Shown here: positions 10,388-27,350 of the stretch, piece after piece
How the letters are laid out: every line of letters starts with the position of its first letter
Position numbering within the stretch: position 1 is the stretch's first letter
DNA from: Guillardia theta CCMP2712
Lineage: Eukaryota; Protista; Cryptophyta
Reading direction: 5' to 3'
Assembly (NCBI RefSeq): GCF_000315625.1
Contig: NW_005434562.1
Coordinates: 125,742 to 166,390 of the forward strand
Length of the DNA stretch: 40,649 bases
Translations under genes and position numbers: made by a program
Notes under the pieces: model-generated
Database searches by the model: none
What the model saw: the letters and a program-made list of their open reading frames with translations, nothing else
What the model was told of the DNA's origin: nothing

Positions 10388-12722
10388 ATGAGCGGCAGTC
10401 TGCATGGCGTCACCGCGAAATGCAGGAAGTTCTCAGAGTTTCTTCTTGCCATCGATCTCGCAAAAGATCTCGACCTGCCTCAAATTGCCGCGCTCGGTGA
10501 CACGTCGTCGGGCAAAAGCTCAGTCTTGAGCGCCATGTCGTCAGTGGTGTTTCCTTCTCGAAGCGACATCACAACAAGATGCCCGACCAGACTGTGTATG
10601 GATACGGGCGAACAGTTTCAGTGCAAGATGCAGGTCCTTTGGCATTCAAAGCCAGCCTCGGGAAGCAACCCTGAGGTAAAGAAGAGCGTGACACAAGCTT
10701 CGGATGTCACCGCAGCAATCGAGGAGCTGCAAAAGAGCGTTCTAGATCACGAGAAGACCGAATCTGGCGTTTCCAAAAGCATCATTGAGATCTGTCTGAC
10801 GGGACCAAACTATCCCAACCTCACGCTCATAGACCTTCCGGGAATCGTCCGCAGCACCGGTGATGGTGAAAGTTTAGAAATGATACGAGACATCCAAAGT
10901 GTGATGGAGCAGTACCTGAACAACAAGAGATGCATTCTTCTCGCCGTCCATCCTGCCAACATCGACCGTCACAACAACGAAGTGTTTCGATTGACCAAAG
11001 AGGTTGACCCAGATTCCGCACGCACGATCCCCGTCATTACGAAGATCGATCTGGTCGAAAAAGGCACTGAAGGCAACGTAATGAGGCTCATCCAGGGTAA
11101 AGAGGCAAAGTTTTCTCTTGGATTCAGCGTCGTCAAGTGCCGCACGCAGACGGAGCTTGATCAGGGAGTTACCTTGGAAAAGAGTCTCGAACAAGAAATG
11201 ATCTTTTTCAGAGATACATCGCCTTGGAATCAAATGAAACAAGACAACATGTTCGGTATCTCCAACTTGACGGGGAAGCTCAGTCAGATCTACGTGGAAA
11301 TGATTCAGTCCACGATGCCGGCAGTTTTGGAGGATTTGCGAAACAAGAAGCGAGAGCTGCAACAAGATCTTAAGGAGTTTGATACTGATCTGTCTTCTCC
11401 ACACCTTCGCCGCGAGTTCGTTGTATCTATAGAATCCGACGTGAAGACGCTTCTCTCGGGGTTTGCTACAGATCACGTTTTCGAGACGTCAAGCAGCGAT
11501 GGATGGACTTACCGCGCGTTGATGGAGAAAGCAAAGAAGGATTTCGCCAGCCGTATTTTCAGCAGCCCTTTTTGTGCAGATTTGTGCCCGATCTCTTTTG
11601 AGACAGGTGATTCTGTCGTCGTTTTTGTGAATGGAAATGAAATTCGAGCCCGAATCGCCCTTGTGCAACAACTCCAGGATGCCGTCAAGGAATACTACTT
11701 GTTGCCACAAAATCCCGCGGATACTGGTTTCTTTTTGGAAGAAGAGACATGCGTGAATAATCTTTCATTGCAGTCTTCCAAGTCGTCCTGGAGCAAAGAC
11801 GAAGCTATGATTTCTAAACAAGGAGTGGCATTGGTGATGTGCGAAGACTACCCGGGCACGACAATCAGATTGTTCAAGAAGAAATACTCATTGGCTGAAT
11901 TAAGTACCGACACCGTTACCGCCGTTGAATCTATGAGGAAACGAATTGAGAGATTAGGTAGCCCCGACTTGCCAGTGTTCTTGAACGCTTCGATCTTCAA
12001 TGCCATCGTTTCGGCGCACTTACAATCTCAGTGGATGCCTTTCTCGATGGACTTGGCAGAGCAGATCAAGAAGCTTGTCATAAAGTACATTGAAGAACAT
12101 GTCATGGGAAAGATCAAACTACGTGCAAAGCATCTTCGGAAATTCAGCGCCTACATGGAGTGTGTATTGAAGGATCATGTCGATACTCTGTTCAAAGCAA
12201 GCGTCGCGTCCATGCAAGCCACTTGTGAGAAGGAGAAATTTCCCTCCACCTTCAACCATTACTTTGCCGACAACATCACCAAACGAAGAGTGGACAAGCA
12301 GAGGCAACTGCTTAAGAGCATAGCTGACGGGTCGGGCAACATTTCTTTCGCAACCGTGGAGTTAGTTTTGAATCAGAACACGCGAAAGAGCATCGATGAC
12401 TTTGTCGCCGAAGAGATGCTTTTTGTGTTGGATGCCTACGGTACGTTGGCATGCTCATGATATCGAGTGCGATGTTAACACCAGACTTCCTGCAGGAAAG
12501 GTAGCAGCTAAGCGCTACGGCGATGACGTACCCAACGCTCTTGAAGCCAGTTTCGTGCGAAAACTAGCTTCGTTTTCTTTTGCGAGCTGCCTTTCGGATG
12601 ATAGTCTTGACAGCTTGGTATCCATGCCAAAGCATTTGAGCCAAAAGCGCATCTCGCTCGAACAGAGAATCCTCAATCTTGAACAAGCACTGAACATGTC
12701 GCAAGAGCTAGAACTGGCCTGA
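10388..12722 (+). CDS. Mx-like dynamin-superfamily GTPase, ~759 aa, single intron 12441-12495
   Basis: G1 LPQIAALGDTSSGKSSVL, G2 ITTRCPT, G3 LTLIDLPGIVR, G4 TKID. Mx-type GFSVVKCRTQ and stalk DLPVFLNASIF. GED AYG|KVAAKRYGDDVP followed by a C-terminal leucine helix. Confidence 0.92.
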
Positions 12723-12999
12723 GCCCATCAGTTGGTTTCCAAAGGCGCTCTTGTGATTTGTCGCTATGCGTGAAAGAATGAGAAACAATACGGGAATGAA
12801 ATTTGAATCGTTTGCTTTTCTCTCCCTCTCCCCGTCCCTCCCTCCCTCATACTCCCTTTCCTCTCATCCTCCTGTTCCCTCCCTTCCCTCCCTATCTCAC
12901 TCCTCCCCTCCCCCTCTCTCCCCCCTCGCTCCGTCCCTCGCTCCCTCTCCTTCCTCCCTCGCTCCCTCCCTCCCTCCCTCCACTTCTTCAGTTTGCACA

Positions 13000-14039
13000 C
13001 AGGACCTACGACTTGTCGACTTTCTTCCATGCACTAAGACTTGTCGACTTTCTCCGCTACCAGCAAGCAGATCGTTAATCGCACATGAGATTGTTCAGGT
13101 CACCTTGCCAGCCTTTATCCCAGTCGTGGAGGCCAGGTGTCCCACCAAGATGCCACTGATCGCATTCCTGATGACGATAGTCCGTGGCTCTCATTGTGAC
13201 GCTGCCGCTGAGCTGCGCTGTTTGTCAGCCTACGAGGAGAAGAAAAGACCATGGGAAGACAAGGACGAAGAACCTTATCGCACCTGCCCTACTGTGCCAT
13301 GCTGTCGGTTCGAGGAGATTTTGCTCTTGTGGAGGGCGATGCTTCCTCCCTGTAGGGAGATCAAACGGCAGCAACAGAGTTGTAAAGAAGCAGATGCAAA
13401 AGAAGAGCAGCGAAGACGCCACATCCTCCGTTGGCGCTCACTTTACAGCTACTGCCCATCACCTCCAAGACGTCATGGAGATGTTGAGAACTGAAAAACT
13501 TCCGGAGCAAAGGCAGCGGCAACAAGACCTTCCTTGCGGTTCTCTTCGATGCGGCAGCTGTCGAGGTTCACCTCCTCAGATTTCATCGCCTGCTCGTGCT
13601 GCTGCTCCTTCTGCTCCTCCTCCTCCTGCTCCTGCTGCTCCTGCTCCTCCTGCTCCTTGTCCCCCTCGTCCTCCTGCTCGTCCTGCTTCTGCTCGTCCTG
13701 CTCCTGCTTCTCCTGCTCCTCCTGCTTTTCCTTCGCCTCCTCCTTCTCCTCCTTGTCCTCCTCCTCCTGCTTCTCCGTCCCCGATCCCCTCCTTGTCCTC
13801 GTCCACCAAGGTCTCCTTGTCTCTCGCTGACAAGCCAACTCCCTCGTTCCCCGTCACTTCGCTCTTGCTCATGTCCACTCTTCCTCCGCCCTGCTGCCAC
13901 ATCAGCCGGCAGCGGCCGCAGCAGGGGAGACCACAGAACGAGCTCCTCCTCTTCGGTTGCATGAGTAATGGCAAAGTTCGATAAAAACAGCAGCTGCAAA
14001 CGATGGGGGAAGAGACTTGTTCACCGGCAGCCGGCACAT
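13000..14039 (-). pseudogene. Degenerate or truncated parallel beta-helix (PbH1-like) repeat gene
   Basis: Spliced repeats share an 11-residue V/I-x9-N core followed by G: VFIELCHYSCNRRGG, VDMSKSEVTGNEGVG, VNLDSCRIEENRKEG, VMGSSCKVSANGGCG, IALHKSKISSNRQHG, VTM[frameshift]TIVIRNAISG. Frameshift near 13180-13190; no convincing 5' or 3' end. Confidence 0.6.
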
Positions 14040-14493
14040 GCTGGTGTGGTCGGACGAGTACGCGAGAGGGGCACGTGACACTTCCGAGTCCCGCTCGTGA
14101 TATCTGTGAAGCCCCCCCGGGCCCGCCGGCCCACTATCCGGGCCGTGGCATCGATTCCCACGTCTCTTCCTGTTTGATCCGGTTGCAGATCTACTCGGGC
14201 CCGGGCCCCGGCCCGGCGACAGATAGCTAGCGAATGGCTCATCAGACTCCGACTGAGGAGTTAACTATTGCTATATTCCTCAATAAAATTTTCAATGCTC
14301 AAATGTTTGTAATGTTTCAAAGTTTTGCCAGGATAAGTCCATCCATGGTTGGAACGAGCGAAAAGGGGAGCGGGATACCACCACCACAACGAGACGGAGG
14401 AGGAGGAGGAGGAGGAGGAGAAGCATGAGCAGGAGGAGCAGGAGAAAGATGATCAGGGGCTTCTAGAACATTCATCCTGCTCATCCCCATCCC

Positions 14494-16631
<2,138 letters not shown>

Positions 16632-16931
16632 ATGTCTCGCCGTAATGTCTACCTCCTTCTCCTCCTCCTTCTCCTCCTCCTCCTCCTCCTCTACCTCCTC
16701 CTCCTCCTTTTCCCCTCCTTATCCTTATCCTTGCTTTCTCCTACTCGTCCTCATCATCGTTATCCCCATCCTCACTCACTCCCTCACCTCCCATCATCTC
16801 ACTCTCACCCATCTCCTCCCTTCCTCCTCTTCTGCTGCCTCCTACTTCTACTCCTGCCTTCTACTCCTTCCCTTCCCAGATGTCGTTTCGGCATTTCTCT
16901 TCTTTCTCTGGAAGTTTAAATAGCACAGACT

Positions 16932-22497
<5,566 letters not shown>

Positions 22498-22840
22498 GTT
22501 TGCCTCCTCTTGTATCTGGAGCGGGCCAGGCGTGTTGTCACTTTTAAAAATTGAGTCACGGCTACAAAACTCGTACCACGCGTCCGATCATGGGAGTCAC
22601 CCCGGGCCGGGCCCGGTGAATGGAGCAGTGAGTGACTCTGAACTTAGTGGCACTAGTACTGAGTGCTGAGTGCTGCCGCGGCCAGTACTATGACGGTACT
22701 GACCTGCGGCGCGGGTCAGATCACCGAGCAACTTCAAGTTGATAGTTAAACGTGTCGGAACGCGAGCCTCGCGGCAGCCCTGCGGCAAAACTTGCAGCAC
22801 TGCGGCAGACGGGCCCGCCTGGGCCAGTGACACGAAGACT

Positions 22841-22871
22841 TTTACTCAAAGTTAAGTTAAAATCAGTACGA
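22841..22871. promoter_or_regulatory. Second copy of the 31-nt intergenic motif
   Basis: TTTACTCAAAGTTAAGTTAAAATCAGTACGA; 30/31 identical to 6145-6175. Confidence 0.55.
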
Positions 22872-23063
22872 AGACTGCGACGGTACTAGGCTGACTGACG
22901 CCGTTACTAGTTACCTTGGACTGAGACGGCGGAAGTTGACCGCGGCGCGAAACTTTGAAACTTTGAAACCTTGGAACTTTGAAACGTTGAAACTTTTCAA
23001 GTTGGTGGCATGCTGGCGGGGCGCAACGTACGTACGAAGGGGGCCAGAGACATGTGAGGGCAG

Positions 23064-23097
23064 AGAAGAAGAGGAAGAGGAAGAGGAAGAGGAAGAG

Positions 23098-23129
<32 letters not shown>

Positions 23130-23313
23130 AGAGGAGGAGGAAGAGGAAGAGGAAGAGGAAGAGGAAGAGGAAGAGGAAGAGGAGGAGGACGAGGAAGAGG
23201 AGGAGGACGAGGAGGAGGAAGAGGAAGAGGAAAAGGAGGAGGACGAGGAGGAGGAAGAGGAAGAGGAAAAGGAAGAGGAGGAGGAGGAGGAGGAGGAGGA
23301 GGAGGAGGAGGAG
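23064..23313 (+). repeat. (GAA/GAG)n polypurine tract
   Basis: About 250 nt of GAAGAG/GAG units upstream of the G-patch gene. Confidence 0.95.
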
Positions 23314-23519
23314 AGACTATGACTAGAACAAGCGAGCGAGAGATTCTGCTGTGATGGATTACCAGGTTCGACATGATCAGAAACACGCCTGTAACATGTA
23401 CCAGAGGCTTCGACACCTTGCCGACATCCCCAACTTCAAGGAAGACAGCTACACCTCCACATAGAGGGCCTTCCATCCCTTGTGGCTGAACAAGTGCTTC
23501 AGCGTGTACACAAGTAGAG

Positions 23520-26359
23520 ATGTTCGGACACACGGGTCCTTTGGTGGTTTTCATAGTGCTATTTGCCGTTAGCGTGGGAGATGTTGGAGGATACAGCCTC
23601 CAATCAGCAGCTGTCGGTATGCAGAAGGAGATAGGAGGGGAGAACAAAGGGTTTCAGATGATGCAGAAGATGGGGTGGAGCTCCGGAGCATTGGGGAGGA
23701 ACAACGAAGGGATCGTGAAGCCGATCGACCCTCTGGAGATGTCGGTGCTCTCTCCTCGGAGGTCTGGTCTTGGTAGCTACAGCGCAAAGAAACATCATTC
23801 ACCGCGCAAGGGATCCAAGCGAGAAGCCGATGACAAGGTTCAGAAGATCTTCAAGAGGCATGGGATTAAGGATTCAACGAGTGAGTGGAGGTCGAAGAAG
23901 GGGAAGGAGAGGAAGAAGTCAGAGACGCGCTCGCTGCTGGCAACGACTCTCCGTCACCTAAACTTGCTCCCTGATGCAGTACTGGAGAGTCTGATCGATG
24001 AACTCGAGGTCGTTCTTTTCTTGTCGTGTTGTTTGCACTGACGGTTGAGCTGTGTTGTTTGCAGAGGCGGGTAAATAACCTGAAGCTTCCTTACTTCATG
24101 CTTGAGCTGCTGTGGAATTTCTTCTTGAATGAGAAACAGGGCCACGTTGTGCTGCCAGCCACGTTGACTTCTTTCCAGCGCAAGCAGGTCAGCAGAACAC
24201 CGCTGTTGAAGAATTCATGTGGATGACAAATCTTTTGAATCGCAACTCTGTCATATGGTAATCGCCTTGTTTCTTCCTCCTTTCAGGTCCACATTCTTGC
24301 ATACGATTGCGGTTTACTCCATAGAAGCAAAGGGACAGGAAAGAGCAGAAGAATGATCTTGAGAAAAGTGATCATCAATACTGTCCTTCGATCAGCCCTG
24401 ACCATACCCTTTTCGCAGTCGCATACGGCACATAAATCTGTAAGTTCGTCTAGCAGCAAGTCGGAAGCAGAATATGAAGAATCTCTGTCGGTGCGTTGAG
24501 AGGGAGAGGAAGCCTTCATTTACAACCTCACATGCTCTCAGACTGCTGACCTGTCTAACTCGCATGGGGTCAGTCTGTTTTCTTGTTTGTCTTGCCGTCG
24601 TTTCTTCACACTCCAAACAACAGGATAGTGTGCTCGGGCTCCGAAATTTCCTGGATGAAGACGGTAAAGATTCCAAAACATCTTACAACCTTTGATGTTC
24701 TTACCTGCCTCTGTCATTCTCTTGGCAGAAAACTTGAGAGAGCCAATAGAAGACTCAAGAAGTTTGGAGGAGGAGGAGGAGGAGGAGGAGGAGGAGGAGG
24801 AAGAGGAGGAGAGGTCAGGAGTTGAATGAGCAAGAGCCATGAGCTTACTTGTAGCAACAGGAGAGTGAAAAAGGAACACAAGGAAAAGAAGGAACACGAA
24901 AAGTTCAACCATCTGCGTCCTGATGGTGAGGATTGAATAAAAAGGAGGAGGACATCGGAGTTACGGCGAGGACGAGGAGGTTTGGGGGTAGATACGTGAT
25001 GGGCAGGGGTTGAACTAGAGAAGCAAGAAGAGGAGACAGGGAGGGAGGGAGGGAGGGAGGGAGGGAGGGAGGGAGGGAGGGAGGGAGGAGGAGGAGGAGG
25101 AGGAGGAGGAGGAGGCGAATTTACAGAGTCTTTCAGCAGCGAGGATGCAGGACCCGAGGCTTCAGACTCCGCGTGCAAAGTTGTTCAATTCAGATACACT
25201 TGAGGCGATCGGCGAAGACAACCGTGGGTTTGCAATGCTCAGGAGGATGGGCTGGGATGGACAAACAGGTATAGGTGCACAGGTATTGTCTTCCCTTTCC
25301 CTGGTCCAGCTGCTGCTGCTGCTGTTCCTCCTCCTCCCCCTCCTCCGGCTCCTCCTCTTCCTCCCTGCCCCCACTGTCGAAATTGGTCGCCTGTGCTGCA
25401 GCTAGCCCTCACATGGCGGCAGGAACAAGGGCGATCGACTCCCATCTCGCTGCAGGCGAAACTTCCCCTGCTGCTCTTCCAGTCGTTGACGCTGCAGCGC
25501 CAGGGGAGAGCCGGAAGACTTGGACTGGGAGCAGAGAGCGCGAAGGAGCCTCCCAGACAGGAGCGAGCAGTGCGAGAGGAAAACGGAAGGAAGGAGAAGG
25601 TGAGGAGGGAGAGGTGGAGGAGGGAGAAAGTAGGGAAGTTGAAGGGAAAAGGATCAGTGGAGGGGGATGGCAGCGTTAAGGCAAGTGAAGGAAGCGTTCA
25701 TTGTGAGGAGAGGACAAGGGAGGCGAGGGAAACGAGCAGGGATGGCGAGGGTAGCAGTTGACTGCATGCTCACTGTTGTTGTTCTAGGTGAAAACCAAGA
25801 AGTCAAGGGATACTTATGATCTAGATTCTGACGAGACCAGCTCCTCCTCCTCCCCTTCCTCCTCCTCCTCCTCCTACCCTGACAACTGGAAGTCGGTCCT
25901 CTCAAGAAGCCCAAAGGAGACAAAGCACCAGCAGGAGGCATTGAGGAAGAAGCAGCAGGAAACGCAAACCAAGGGGAAGAAGAACAAGATGAATCAACCC
26001 ATCGAGTTTGTGGGGGAGGTCAAATCATTAGCTCCTCCCTCAATCCCTACCCGCTCACCTTCCCCCTTCCTCCTCCCCCTCCACCTCCAAATGTTCCTCT
26101 TGTTTGCCCACTGTCCTTTCCTCCACCCCTTCTTCTCTCTCTCTCTATTCCCTCTCTCTCCATTCCTCACCCCCTCCTCACGCCTTCCTTCAGCTGATAG
26201 CGGCTTACGGCGATCGACTCCCTCTTGCTACCCTCGGAACGATTTTGAACCAGGAGAGGCCGGACATGAAGCTCAAGATCGGCCCCCTCCGTCGCTTCCT
26301 TGCCCTCAACAGCCTCCACTTCGAGTACTCGCCATGCTCCTCTCCCTCCTCCTCCCTTG
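23520..26359 (+). CDS. G-patch/R3H/G-patch RNA-processing protein (Sqs1/Pfa1-like domain content); 3' end lost in the gap
   Basis: G-patch 1: ENKGFQMMQKMGWSSGALGRNNEGIVKPI...RSGLG. R3H: LPATLTSFQRKQ|VHILAYDCGLLHRSKGTGKSRRMILRK. G-patch 2: IGEDNRGFAMLRRMGWDGQTGIGAQ...RLGLG. A later exon LIAAYGDRLPLATLGTILNQERPDMKLKIGPLRRFLALNSLHF looks winged-helix/LOTUS-like. Confidence 0.78.
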
Positions 26360-27350
26360 NNNNNNNNNNNNNNNNNNNNNNNNNNNNNNNNNNNNNNNNN
26401 NNNNNNNNNNNNNNNNNNNNNNNNNNNNNNNNNNNNNNNNNNNNNNNNNNNNNNNNNNNNNNNNNNNNNNNNNNNNNNNNNNNNNNNNNNNNNNNNNNNN
26501 NNNNNNNNNNNNNNNNNNNNNNNNNNNNNNNNNNNNNNNNNNNNNNNNNNNNNNNNNNNNNNNNNNNNNNNNNNNNNNNNNNNNNNNNNNNNNNNNNNNN
26601 NNNNNNNNNNNNNNNNNNNNNNNNNNNNNNNNNNNNNNNNNNNNNNNNNNNNNNNNNNNNNNNNNNNNNNNNNNNNNNNNNNNNNNNNNNNNNNNNNNNN
26701 NNNNNNNNNNNNNNNNNNNNNNNNNNNNNNNNNNNNNNNNNNNNNNNNNNNNNNNNNNNNNNNNNNNNNNNNNNNNNNNNNNNNNNNNNNNNNNNNNNNN
26801 NNNNNNNNNNNNNNNNNNNNNNNNNNNNNNNNNNNNNNNNNNNNNNNNNNNNNNNNNNNNNNNNNNNNNNNNNNNNNNNNNNNNNNNNNNNNNNNNNNNN
26901 NNNNNNNNNNNNNNNNNNNNNNNNNNNNNNNNNNNNNNNNNNNNNNNNNNNNNNNNNNNNNNNNNNNNNNNNNNNNNNNNNNNNNNNNNNNNNNNNNNNN
27001 NNNNNNNNNNNNNNNNNNNNNNNNNNNNNNNNNNNNNNNNNNNNNNNNNNNNNNNNNNNNNNNNNNNNNNNNNNNNNNNNNNNNNNNNNNNNNNNNNNNN
27101 NNNNNNNNNNNNNNNNNNNNNNNNNNNNNNNNNNNNNNNNNNNNNNNNNNNNNNNNNNNNNNNNNNNNNNNNNNNNNNNNNNNNNNNNNNNNNNNNNNNN
27201 NNNNNNNNNNNNNNNNNNNNNNNNNNNNNNNNNNNNNNNNNNNNNNNNNNNNNNNNNNNNNNNNNNNNNNNNNNNNNNNNNNNNNNNNNNNNNNNNNNNN
27301 NNNNNNNNNNNNNNNNNNNNNNNNNNNNNNNNNNNNNNNNNNNNNNNNNN

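Noticed and set aside
23354-23464. 36-codon ORF MDYQVRHDQK... upstream of the G-patch gene
   Set aside because: No recognisable motif or clear splice link; it could be a uORF but cannot be supported.
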